Source of the DNA: an uncultured Candidatus Saccharibacteria bacterium
GTDB lineage: Bacteria; Patescibacteriota; Minisyncoccia; Phycocordibacterales; Phycocordibacteraceae
DNA: 56,880 nt
Assembly: GCA_964499455.1 (NCBI GenBank)
Contig: CAZCLC010000002.1
Coordinates: forward strand, 1 to 56,880
Direction: 5' to 3'
The notes under the pieces were generated by a model that searched no databases, was not told the DNA's origin, and saw nothing but the letters and a program-made list of their open reading frames with translations. A program made the translations under genes and the position numbers. This document shows, piece by piece, positions 1 through 8,789 of this stretch (positions are counted from its first letter, which is position 1; each line of letters starts with the position of its first letter).

Positions 1-2
1 AC

Positions 3-1202
3 AATAGCGACGCTCTTGATGACCTCGTTTCCTCCGCGCCGATTACTCACTTTAACTTGAGCTTTGTTCCTATCTCCGCAGTTATAAATAGTAATGATAA
101 TTTAACAGTTACTGCAGAAGACTCTGGTAATAATGTTGTTGTAAACGATACAACAACAAAGCTCAATCTTAATGGAGATAATGGTGCATCATTTGGAGCA
201 AACTTGCTCACAATGGGAGCGCTTGGGACAACAAATACGACAATCAGCAATACGAAGACAGGGGTAGTTAATGTGTCAGCGACTGAAGTAGGTAATGGTA
301 CCGCAACGGGAGCAGGAACGATTGCCTTTACCAAAAGCGACATAACACCACCAACAATTGTAAGCACTAATCCAGCGGTAAGTACTAATCCAGAAAATCG
401 TGTTACCGGAGTTGCTATTACAGAAAGTCCGACCATAACATTCTCAGAGGCTCTTGACTTCCAAACGGTAAATTCAACGACCATTAAGCTTTATAAGGAT
501 TCAGATTCAGATTCCGGAAATTCGCCTATACTGATACCCGCCGTTGTTTCTTTGGCTAATGGTGGTAAGACGGTTATCATTAATCCAAACGCAGATCTTA
601 AAAATGGCGTAAATTATTACTTTGCAGTTTCTACAGGAGTTACGGATTTGGCGGGAAATGTTTTTGCGACCGCGTGGGATTCAAGTAATAAAACAGATCA
701 CGAATTTACAACCGCTACGATTGAGCCGATTGTAGTAGATAGTGTAACCGCAGTGCCGACTTCTTCTCAAGCTGATGGCAAGTATGCAGACGGCTGGCAT
801 TACATTTACAAACTAACGGTCAATGTTCCTGACAATAACTTAAGTGTGAAATTTAAGGATTGGACACGAACTGATGGTAGTACTGGCACCATACCAGCGG
901 GTGCAAATATGAGATTATTGTTTAACACTGCAACTGGTGGCGACATTGGTAGCTCAGTTGGAACAATAGATAATGCAACAATAGAAAGCGGATTTGGGGA
1001 TGTAGATAGTTATGCAATAGGAAATCACTATTCCAATCAAAAACTTAATGGTACCACTGCACAGGCAATAAATATTCCAGCAAATATGGATACAGACGCG
1101 GCAAGACCTGGGCGACAAATTCAGTTTGATGTATATACAAAATTGCCATCTACTACACCAGCTGGGTTCTACGGAACTACATACGGTATTCAGGTAAACT
1201 AG
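3..1202 (+). CDS. Surface/secreted protein with bacterial Ig-like (SbsA/Big_5-type) domain; 5' end lies outside the window
   Basis: The frame is open from nt 3 with no stop before the TTG at 57 used by the ORF track, so the N-terminus is missing. The block DITPPTIVSTNP...PTITFSEALD...TIKLYKD...GVTDLAGNVF resembles Ig-like domains of S-layer or surface proteins. Composition is T/N/G/S-rich. Confidence 0.6.
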   Translation, partial: NSDALDDLVSSAPITHFNLSFVPISAVINSNDNLTVTAEDSGNNVVVNDTTTKLNLNGDNGASFGANLLTMGALGTTNTTISNTKTGVVNVSATEVGNGTATGAGTIAFTKSDITPPTIVSTNPAVSTNPENRVTGVAITESPTITFSEALDFQTVNSTTIKLYKDSDSDSGNSPILIPAVVSLANGGKTVIINPNADLKNGVNYYFAVSTGVTDLAGNVFATAWDSSNKTDHEFTTATIEPIVVDSVTAVPTSSQADGKYADGWHYIYKLTVNVPDNNLSVKFKDWTRTDGSTGTIPAGANMRLLFNTATGGDIGSSVGTIDNATIESGFGDVDSYAIGNHYSNQKLNGTTAQAINIPANMDTDAARPGRQIQFDVYTKLPSTTPAGFYGTTYGIQVN

Positions 1203-1215
1203 TGTAACTGGAAAA

Positions 1216-1836
1216 ATGAATATGAAAAAAATATTACCGATTATAATTGTTGCGCTGTTTATGGTTATGGCAGCCCCTGCGTATGCCTATGAAATAACAG
1301 GCACGCTAAGCACTGGCGTGGCTCCGGCAACGCCAACCGGATTGACTGTCTTAAGTCCTGTGCAAGGTGATACAAGCATCACGATTAAATGGAACCCTGT
1401 CGCAAATATAAGTGGGTATAATTTGTACCGTATTACTGGTGCAGTGCCTTCTGTGTTTGTTGCAAGTACAACGGTTACGAATTATGTGGATACAGGGCTT
1501 TCAGATGGAAATTACTCTTATCAAGTTGAGTCATATTTGGGAACATTAACATCTGAAAAATCAGCAACGAGCGCGCTTGTCACAATAGATACCACCGCGC
1601 CATCTACTGGCGGAAGTGGTGGTGGTGGAGGTGGTGGCGGAAGTGTAATCACAACGCAAAATAACACCTCAGTTATCGGCGACATCAATGGCGATGGCAA
1701 GGTCAATATTCTTGACTTCAACGCACTGTTGGTGCAGTGGGGAAAGACGGGGACAAACCTTAGTGCCGACCTCAACCATGATGATGTGGTCAATATTCTT
1801 GACTTCAACATGTTTATTATTCACTTGAAACCATAA
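1216..1836 (+). CDS. Secreted FN3-like protein with C-terminal dockerin module
   Basis: Signal peptide MNMKKILPIIIVALFMVMAAPAYA. FN3-like block PTGLTV..ITIKWNPV..GYNLYR..YVDTGLSDGNYSYQV. GGSGGGGGGGGS linker. Two Ca-binding dockerin repeats, DINGDGKVNILDFNALL and DLNHDDVVNILDFNMFI. Confidence 0.75.
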   Translation: MNMKKILPIIIVALFMVMAAPAYAYEITGTLSTGVAPATPTGLTVLSPVQGDTSITIKWNPVANISGYNLYRITGAVPSVFVASTTVTNYVDTGLSDGNYSYQVESYLGTLTSEKSATSALVTIDTTAPSTGGSGGGGGGGGSVITTQNNTSVIGDINGDGKVNILDFNALLVQWGKTGTNLSADLNHDDVVNILDFNMFIIHLKP

Positions 1837-1838
1837 TT

Positions 1839-2612
1839 ATGAATCGTATTTTCTCAACACTTATTATTGGGCTTGCGCTTGTATTGCCAGCATCTGTTTT
1901 TGCTTCAACTGTAAATCTATCTCCGACTACCGTTTCGGTAACGCCTGGAAAAGTATTTACTGTTCAAGTAATGGCAAATCCAAATGGCGCGCATGTCTAT
2001 ACTGTCCGCGCGAATATTTCGTTTAATCCAGCTCTTGTACAAGTGACTAACTTTACTTTTGCGCCAAAATGGCTGGCACTTTCTACAAGTGGATACGATG
2101 TAACAAACAATACAACTGGCTCTCTCATAAAGACTGCTGGCTATCCGGGAGGCATCACTTCATCTACGGCATTTGGCGTGATAACTTTTAAGGCGAAAGC
2201 AATGGGCTCCGCGCACATTGCTGTAACCAATAAGTCATTGACACTTAATGCCAACAGTAAAAATACCGTGTCTGGTACGCAGGGTTCCTCGGCGGTTACC
2301 ATTGTCGTGCCACCAACGCCGAAACTAACTACAAAACCTGTGTATAAGCAACCTATCAAAAAAGTGGTTAAAACCTCTGCGTATAAAACCCATACGTATA
2401 AGAATACTGCTGCACTTTCAGCTGCGGTTGTGAATACTGTTGCTACAACTGCTGTTGCAACTACAACAGCGACTTCATCAGCTAATCAAATGACTGCCGC
2501 TGCAGGGAACACAGGAACCAAAAATAACACACCAATTATAATTATTGCGATTCTTGCAGCACTTGCCGTTCTTCTCTGGTTTGGTAGGAAACAACTTTTT
2601 CCACATAAATAA
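1839..2612 (+). CDS. Membrane-anchored cohesin-like domain protein
   Basis: Signal peptide ending LPASVFA. Cohesin-like block VNLSPTTVSVTPGKVFTVQVMANP..VRANISFNPALVQVTNFTF. T/A-rich linker, then a C-terminal TM helix IIIIAILAALAVLLWF with a basic tail. The start lies 3 nt after the dockerin gene stop. Confidence 0.6.
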   Translation: MNRIFSTLIIGLALVLPASVFASTVNLSPTTVSVTPGKVFTVQVMANPNGAHVYTVRANISFNPALVQVTNFTFAPKWLALSTSGYDVTNNTTGSLIKTAGYPGGITSSTAFGVITFKAKAMGSAHIAVTNKSLTLNANSKNTVSGTQGSSAVTIVVPPTPKLTTKPVYKQPIKKVVKTSAYKTHTYKNTAALSAAVVNTVATTAVATTTATSSANQMTAAAGNTGTKNNTPIIIIAILAALAVLLWFGRKQLFPHK

Positions 2613-2621
2613 TTTTTAGAG

Positions 2622-2669
2622 TAGCACATTACAGCCGCGCCATTTTAATGGCGCGGCTGTAATGTGCTA
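2622..2669 (+). terminator. Long perfect hairpin terminator after the surface-protein genes
   Basis: tagcacattacagccgcgcc / ggcgcggctgtaatgtgcta forms a 20-bp perfect stem with an 8-nt loop, followed by tgtttt. Confidence 0.7.
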
Positions 2670-2745
2670 TGTTTTGGAAATTTATATATAGATTAAACAC
2701 TTTGGGTCGGACCCAAGTGGAAATATGGTTTAACCATATATAGAG

Positions 2746-2801
2746 TTGTATTTTTAGTATATTTATTATATAGTAGATGAAACCTCCCGTATGGGAGTTT
2801 T
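2746..2801 (+). promoter_or_regulatory. Candidate rpsL promoter plus 5'-proximal GC hairpin and U-tract leader
   Basis: TTGTAT (2746-2751), 17-nt spacer, TATAGT (2769-2774). Hairpin CTCCC-gtat-GGGAG (2784-2797) followed by tttta. The ATG is at 2814. Confidence 0.45.
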
Positions 2802-2813
2802 ATAGTATTTCAA

Positions 2814-3224
2814 ATGTCAACAATCAATCAACTCATTAAAAAACACCGCAAAAACACAACAAAAAAGACAAAAGTTGTTGCCCTTTCACGTGGTTTTAAT
2901 GCAAAGAAAAATCGTCCGACATTTTATCCATCGCCATTTAAGCGTGGTGTATGTGTAAAAGTTACAACTAAAACTCCTCGTAAACCGAACTCGGCTATTA
3001 GAAAAATAGCTCGTGTACGTCTTACAAACGGTATGGAAGTGACGGCGTATATTCCTGGTATGGGTCATAACTTACAGGAACACTCAGTAGTATTACTTCG
3101 TGGTGGTCGTGTGAAAGATATTGGTGTACAGTACACAATTGTACGCGGTAAACTTGATGCGGGTGGTGTAGAGAATCGCCGAAGTAGTCGTTCACGTTAT
3201 GGTTCTAAAAAATCAAGTGAGTAA
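2814..3224 (+). CDS. rpsL: 30S ribosomal protein S12
   Basis: Conserved S12 blocks [24 protein letters not shown] and LLRGGRVKD. It is the first gene of the str cluster. Confidence 0.97.
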   Translation: MSTINQLIKKHRKNTTKKTKVVALSRGFNAKKNRPTFYPSPFKRGVCVKVTTKTPRKPNSAIRKIARVRLTNGMEVTAYIPGMGHNLQEHSVVLLRGGRVKDIGVQYTIVRGKLDAGGVENRRSSRSRYGSKKSSE

Positions 3225-3242
3225 TTTTAAGTAAAACTATCT

Positions 3243-3707
3243 ATGCGTCATCCAATTAAAAAACAACGGACATGGAAGCCTGATATTAAATACGGCTCAG
3301 AGGTACTTACTCGTTTTATCAACGCTGTTATGTCTGATGGTAAAAAAGATGTTGCGCGAGGAGTTGTATATCAATCGCTTGAATATATTAGAGAAGGTAA
3401 GCAAGATCCGCTTGAAGTATTTGAAACTGCAATTCGTAATGTTTCTCCATTAATGGAAGTACGTTCACGTCGTGTTGGGGGTGCGACTTATCAAATACCG
3501 CGTGAAGTTCCACAGCAGCGTCGTTTGGCATTAGCGTTTAGATGGATAATTGGAACTGCGCGTAATAAAAAAGGTAAGCCAATGGCAACTAAACTTGCAA
3601 ATGAACTTTTGCTTGCATTTAAAGGTGAGGGTGATGCAGTAAAAAAGAAAGAAGACACACACCGTATGGCGGAAAGCAATAAAGCATTCGCACATTTCGC
3701 AAGATAA
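3243..3707 (+). CDS. rpsG: 30S ribosomal protein S7
   Basis: S7 blocks VRSRRVGGATYQIPREV and a C-terminal KAFAHFR. It lies 18 nt after rpsL. Confidence 0.97.
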   Translation: MRHPIKKQRTWKPDIKYGSEVLTRFINAVMSDGKKDVARGVVYQSLEYIREGKQDPLEVFETAIRNVSPLMEVRSRRVGGATYQIPREVPQQRRLALAFRWIIGTARNKKGKPMATKLANELLLAFKGEGDAVKKKEDTHRMAESNKAFAHFAR

Positions 3708-3712
3708 TAATA

Positions 3713-3762
3713 TGTAACATAAAGACCGTCGGCACATCCGTGCCGACGGTCTTTATGTTACA
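3713..3762 (+). terminator. Long perfect hairpin terminator after rpsG
   Basis: tgtaacataaagaccgtcggcac / gtgccgacggtctttatgttaca forms a 23-bp perfect stem with loop atcc. Confidence 0.7.
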
Positions 3763-3773
3763 GTAAATATATT

Positions 3774-4244
3774 ATGGAGTTTACGCTTACAAGTCCTGTA
3801 TTCTTACATAATGAAAAAATTCCACAACTATACACATGCGATGGTGAGCATATTTCTCCACCGCTAAATATTTTAAATATACCAAATAACACTGTATCTC
3901 TCGTACTTATTATGTATGACCCTGATATTCCAAAGGCACTATATCCAAATGGCGGTACGTTTGATCACTGGATATTATTCAATATTCCGACTAATATCAA
4001 TGATATACCACAAAATAGTGTCGTTGGTACATTAGGAGTAAATAGTCTTGGTAAAACGGAATATACAGGGCCGTGTCCTCCATCAGAATATAAACCATAC
4101 GAGCATCGTTATTTTTTTCATCTTTATGCACTTGATATACTTCTCCAATTTTCTAAAAGTGCAACGAAAGATAATATTCTATCCGCAATAGAAGGACATA
4201 TACTTGCTACAACAGAACTAATCGGTCGTTATTCACGCAAATAA
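3774..4244 (+). CDS. PEBP / YbhB-YbcL family (Raf-kinase-inhibitor-like) protein
   Basis: Family motifs YDPDIP..FDHW and TGPCPP..HRYFFHLYAL. Length 156 aa. Confidence 0.8.
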   Translation: MEFTLTSPVFLHNEKIPQLYTCDGEHISPPLNILNIPNNTVSLVLIMYDPDIPKALYPNGGTFDHWILFNIPTNINDIPQNSVVGTLGVNSLGKTEYTGPCPPSEYKPYEHRYFFHLYALDILLQFSKSATKDNILSAIEGHILATTELIGRYSRK

Positions 4245-4341
4245 CAACAATATCTGAATATCAAGCACATACGCGGAATTATATGCACTACTTTAGATGT
4301 CGCATATTGTTATTACTGATTATGATTGATAAATACAAACA

Positions 4342-4399
4342 TTGCTTTTTATGAAATTTGGAATATTCTATATGTAACGCCTCGGCGTTTTTTATTTTT
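4342..4399 (+). promoter_or_regulatory. Candidate fusA promoter plus 5'-proximal GC hairpin and U-tract leader
   Basis: TTGCTT (4342-4347), 16-nt spacer, TATTCT (4364-4369). Hairpin aACGC-ctcg-GCGTt (4376-4389) followed by ttttattttt. The ATG is at 4411. Confidence 0.45.
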
Positions 4400-4410
4400 A
4401 ATAACTATAT

Positions 4411-6558
4411 ATGAATCGAGACTTTTCACTTGAGAAGGTGCGTAATTTTGGAATCATTGCTCACATTGATGCAGGTAAGACAACTACGTCTGAGCGTATT
4501 CTATACTATACCGGTTCCCAACATAAGGTTGGTGAAGTACATGAAGGTGATACTACGACAGACTGGATGGATCAGGAGCGTGAACGTGGTATTACAATTA
4601 CGGCTGCCGCTATTAGTTGTTTTTGGAGTAAAACAAGTGAACCTGACAAGAAAGATTTTTCAAAAAGATACCGTTTTAATATTATTGATACACCGGGACA
4701 TATTGATTTCACTGCAGAAGTAAAACGTTCTATGCGTGTATTAGACGGTGCGATTGTTGTTTTTGATGGTGTTGCGGGTGTCGAGCCACAATCTGAAACT
4801 AACTGGCGATATGCAGATGAAGCTAATGTATCACGACTTTGTTTTATCAATAAAATTGATCGTACAGGCGCTTCGTTTGAGCATTCATATCAGAGTATTC
4901 TTGACCGTCTCTCTAAAAAAGCTGTGCGTATGCAAATTCCAATTGGCGAAGAAGCTAATCATAACGGGATTATTGATTTGCTTACAATGCAAGCATATAA
5001 ATTTGAAGGAGATATGGGTGAAAATATAATTACTGAGCTAATTCCAGAAGATCTTCAAGTTCAAGCAAAAAAATATCATAATGAGCTTGTTGAACGTATT
5101 GTTGAATATGATGAAAACCTCCTTAGTGCATATCTTGAAGGAAATGAACCATCAGTAGATGAATTAAAAGAAACACTTAGAAAAGCAGTTATTGCCAATG
5201 AGATATTTCCCGTTTTTACAGGTTCCGCTTTGAAGAACAAAGGTGTACAGCTTATACTTGATGCGGTTGTTGATTATCTTCCGTCACCGTTGGATTTACC
5301 ACCTGTTAAAGGTATCAATCCAAAGACAGGTGAAGAAGTTGAACGAAAGGCTTCAGATGATGAACCATTTACAGCATTGGCTTTTAAATTACAAACGGAC
5401 CCGTTTGTTGGTGCTCTTACATTTTTTCGTGTATATTCCGGCACTCTTGAGTCTGGTTCATATATATATAACGCAAACCTAGACACAAAAGAACGTGTTG
5501 GACGTATTGTATTGTTACAGGCAGATAAACGTGAAGAAGTAAAAAAAGTATTTGCTGGTGAAATAGCTGCGGCAATCGGTTTGAAAGATACAAAGACCTC
5601 ACATACTCTTTGTGATGAAAATAATCCGATAGTTCTGGAAAAAATTATTTTTCCAGAACCGGTAGTTTCAGTACGTATTGAACCGAAAACAAAAGCTGAC
5701 CAAGAGAAACTTGGGCTTGCGCTTCATAAACTTGCGGATGAAGATCCAACTTTTAAGGTGTCAACCGATAATGAAACAATGGAAACGATTATAGCGGGTA
5801 TGGGAGAACTCCACCTTGAAATTTTAGTTGATAGAATGAAGCGAGAATTTCATGTTGAGGCGAATATCGGTCGGCCACAAGTTGCCTATCGCGAAACTAT
5901 CCGCGGTACATCCGATGTAGAAAATAAATACATTAAACAAACTGGTGGACGCGGTCAATATGGTCATGTGAAGATACGCATTAAGCCACTTGAACCTCTT
6001 AAAGAAGGTGTAAAAATTCGCAATAATGTAAAACGTGAAGATCATTTTGAATTTATTAATAATATTAAAGGAGGTGTTATTCCACAGGAATATATTCCAG
6101 CTGTTGAAAAAGGTATTCGCGAAGCACTTGACCGTGGTGTAGTTGCTGGATATCCAATGGTAGATGTATCGGTAGATTTATATGATGGTTCATATCATGA
6201 AGTGGACTCGTCAGAGATTGCTTTTAAAATAGCAGCATCACAGGCTCTCCAAGAAGCGGTACGACAAGCAAAACCGGTTTTACTTGAGCCTATTATGAAA
6301 GTTGAAGTTGTGATTCCGGATCAATTTATGGGCGATATTACTGGTAACCTTTCTGGGAGACGCGGTACAATTGAAGGAACAGAAGAAAAAGGTATGAATA
6401 AAGTTATATATGCGAAAGTACCACTTTCGGAAATGTTTGGTTACACAACGACACTACGCTCTATGACTGAAGGTCGTGGCTCTATGACCATGGAGTTTGA
6501 CCATTATGAGGTTGTGCCAAGTAATGTTGCACAAGATATTATCACAAGTCGAAAATAA
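4411..6558 (+). CDS. fusA: Translation elongation factor G
   Basis: GTPase motifs [14 protein letters not shown] and NKID. Length is 715 aa with conserved EF-G domains III-V, for example GELHLEI and MEFDHYE. Confidence 0.97.
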   Translation: MNRDFSLEKVRNFGIIAHIDAGKTTTSERILYYTGSQHKVGEVHEGDTTTDWMDQERERGITITAAAISCFWSKTSEPDKKDFSKRYRFNIIDTPGHIDFTAEVKRSMRVLDGAIVVFDGVAGVEPQSETNWRYADEANVSRLCFINKIDRTGASFEHSYQSILDRLSKKAVRMQIPIGEEANHNGIIDLLTMQAYKFEGDMGENIITELIPEDLQVQAKKYHNELVERIVEYDENLLSAYLEGNEPSVDELKETLRKAVIANEIFPVFTGSALKNKGVQLILDAVVDYLPSPLDLPPVKGINPKTGEEVERKASDDEPFTALAFKLQTDPFVGALTFFRVYSGTLESGSYIYNANLDTKERVGRIVLLQADKREEVKKVFAGEIAAAIGLKDTKTSHTLCDENNPIVLEKIIFPEPVVSVRIEPKTKADQEKLGLALHKLADEDPTFKVSTDNETMETIIAGMGELHLEILVDRMKREFHVEANIGRPQVAYRETIRGTSDVENKYIKQTGGRGQYGHVKIRIKPLEPLKEGVKIRNNVKREDHFEFINNIKGGVIPQEYIPAVEKGIREALDRGVVAGYPMVDVSVDLYDGSYHEVDSSEIAFKIAASQALQEAVRQAKPVLLEPIMKVEVVIPDQFMGDITGNLSGRRGTIEGTEEKGMNKVIYAKVPLSEMFGYTTTLRSMTEGRGSMTMEFDHYEVVPSNVAQDIITSRK

Positions 6559-6725
6559 AATCTTTTATAACAATATATTAGCACTCACAATCTAAAATTG
6601 AGATATATAATATATTTTTTTTAGTTTATTCTGATTGCATCAAGTTAATTATCAGTGTTTAGCTCAATTACGGACTGTACTGTGCTTTATTTAGTTTGTT
6701 GACATAGAAATTAATATATGTAAGT

Positions 6726-6745
6726 ATCTAATCTATATGTTAGAT
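6726..6745 (+). promoter_or_regulatory. Inverted repeat overlapping the marR start codon (candidate MarR operator)
   Basis: ATCTAA-n8-TTAGAT, a perfect 6-bp inverted repeat spanning the ATG at 6737. A TTGACA box lies at 6699-6704 upstream. Confidence 0.35.
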
Positions 6746-7171
6746 CGTTCAAAACAGCTCCAAAAAATACTTGAAAGTTTTTATAAAATCAAACGCCATG
6801 CTGATTTAAAAAATATGTGTCGCACATATGGATTATTGGTTACTCACTCACAATGGATAATGCTAAGTTATATTTACAGAGAAGGTAGTGTGTCTGTAAA
6901 AGAAATCTGTATGGAGTTTGGAATTACTAGTAGTGCTGTTACGCAATTAATAACTGAATTGGTTAAACATCATTATGTTATAAAAGTAGCAAGCACAACT
7001 GATCGTAGAATGACCAATATACAATTAACACCAAAAATAAAACAAGTTATGTTGCGTGTACGTCGTGCAATATTGGCTCATATGTTAAAAATGTTTTCTG
7101 TGCTCAATGATAAAGAGTTCACTAAATATATGCAATTTAGTATGAAAATTCACAATCGTATTAATCAGTAA
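6737..7171 (+). CDS. MarR-family transcriptional regulator
   Basis: A 144-aa winged-helix protein. The region SVKEICMEFGITSSAVTQLITELVKHHYV...DRR matches the MarR HTH/wing pattern. It is the first gene of the efflux unit. Confidence 0.75.
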   Translation: MLDRSKQLQKILESFYKIKRHADLKNMCRTYGLLVTHSQWIMLSYIYREGSVSVKEICMEFGITSSAVTQLITELVKHHYVIKVASTTDRRMTNIQLTPKIKQVMLRVRRAILAHMLKMFSVLNDKEFTKYMQFSMKIHNRINQ

Positions 7172-7199
7172 ACTATTTTTAAATATATTACGAATTCCC

Positions 7200-8786
7200 A
7201 TGAGTATATTCTCTACAAAATTTTTAAAGCGAAATATTGTTGGTGTTTTGATACTTATAGCGGTTATCGCGATCGGTATACATTTATACAGTCATCAAAA
7301 TAGTCCCGTAAATTCACTACGCAATAATATTTCACATGTAAATGTTACTTCTGTAGCAAAATTATCTTTTGCTACAAGTTCACTACCGGTAATTGCCACT
7401 GTAACATCATTAAATCAAGCAACCGTTCTCGCGCAAATTCCTGGCGAGATTGTTTCTTTACCACATTCGCTTGGTGATAATGTATCAACCGGCGATATTA
7501 TTGCTAAGTTTTCCAATAATACGCAACAGGCTGCAGTATTACAGGCACAAGGTGCGTACGAAGCTGCACTTGCTGGACTAACAAACGCACAGAGTATATC
7601 AACAAGAATGTCTATAATTTCTGTTAAACAATCCATAAATAATATACAAAACGCACAAAACGCACTTTCTAATGCTCTTAAAAATATGTATTCTATGCTT
7701 GATGATGCTGTACATACAAAAGCTGATCAACTTTTCTCAAATCCAAGAAATTCTACGATACGAATAATAATTACGATACCAAACGAACGTCTCGCTCTTC
7801 TTATTCTGCAAGAGAGGATACAACTTCAAACAACATTTAACGTTATATTTCCATATACGAAAGATATAGCAAGTTCTACACTTAGTGCACATAGTACGCA
7901 TATAATTGCTGCTACAAATTTGGTTATTCAATTTCTTGGAAATTTGGCTACTGCTGTAAATGAAACACAATCAATTCATGGCACGACATCACCTATTCTT
8001 GCCGGTTATGCTTCCTCTATCGCTGCGGGGCGCAATGAAATTAGTGCTGGTCTTTCAGGACTTATTGCGGCAAAAAGTGCTTATGATAATGCATTGTCTG
8101 CGTTACAATCAGCAAATAATACGGCTATAAATGGTATACCTAATGCAATTGTGCTTGCAAAATCACATATAAAACAAGCCCTCGGAGCTTATAATGGAGC
8201 ACGTGCTATATTGGAAAAAACAATTATTCGTAGTCCAATAAATGGCACTATCGTTAGTCTTCCAATTACGCTTGGTGATTATGTATCGATGTTTTCACCT
8301 GTCGCAATCATTTCAAATCCTCATGCGTTGTATCTTAAAACATTTGTATCGTCAAATGACGCAAAGACACTCACAGTAGGTGGGCATACAATTATAAATA
8401 ATTCCTTAAACGGAGTCATAACGTTTATCGCTCCGGCGCGTGATCCTCTTACAAATAAAATTGAAATTAAAATAGGAATAACCAATTCAAGTAATTCACT
8501 TACTGATGGGGAAGTCGTTTCAGTTATGCTTGAACGACTTACAAGCCTGACAAAAAACAACATGCGCACTTTATCTATTCCTTTAACTGCTATTAAAATG
8601 ACACCAAAAGGACCAGAGATATTTACAGTAAACAACTCAAACATACTTGTAAGTACTCCAATACAGATTAAAAGCATTGTAGGGAATTCCGTGTTGTTAA
8701 CTTCCGGAGCTGCTCCAAATACACGTATTGTGACTGATGCCAGAGGACTTTCAAATAGTCAGGAAGTAATAGTGAATAAAAATTGA
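7200..8786 (+). CDS. Efflux transporter periplasmic adaptor (membrane fusion protein, HlyD/RND-MFP family)
   Basis: N-terminal TM anchor. Split lipoyl-like motifs (GEIVSLPHSLGDNVSTGDIIAKF and IIRSPINGTIVSLPITLGDYV) flank a long Ala/Asn-rich coiled-coil hairpin. It sits immediately upstream of the RND pump. Confidence 0.7.
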   Translation: MSIFSTKFLKRNIVGVLILIAVIAIGIHLYSHQNSPVNSLRNNISHVNVTSVAKLSFATSSLPVIATVTSLNQATVLAQIPGEIVSLPHSLGDNVSTGDIIAKFSNNTQQAAVLQAQGAYEAALAGLTNAQSISTRMSIISVKQSINNIQNAQNALSNALKNMYSMLDDAVHTKADQLFSNPRNSTIRIIITIPNERLALLILQERIQLQTTFNVIFPYTKDIASSTLSAHSTHIIAATNLVIQFLGNLATAVNETQSIHGTTSPILAGYASSIAAGRNEISAGLSGLIAAKSAYDNALSALQSANNTAINGIPNAIVLAKSHIKQALGAYNGARAILEKTIIRSPINGTIVSLPITLGDYVSMFSPVAIISNPHALYLKTFVSSNDAKTLTVGGHTIINNSLNGVITFIAPARDPLTNKIEIKIGITNSSNSLTDGEVVSVMLERLTSLTKNNMRTLSIPLTAIKMTPKGPEIFTVNNSNILVSTPIQIKSIVGNSVLLTSGAAPNTRIVTDARGLSNSQEVIVNKN

Positions 8787-8789
8787 TAT

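Noticed and set aside
1521-1811. 96-aa minus-strand ORF containing a PPPPPPPPP run
   Set aside because: It is the antisense reading of the poly-Gly linker and dockerin repeats of the well-supported plus-strand gene at 1216-1836. It has no independent signals.
2793-2797. GGGAG in the rpsL leader hairpin as a sequestered Shine-Dalgarno sequence
   Set aside because: It lies 16 nt from the ATG, which is too far for a functional SD. The equivalent 3' arms at fusA and rplC are not SD-like.
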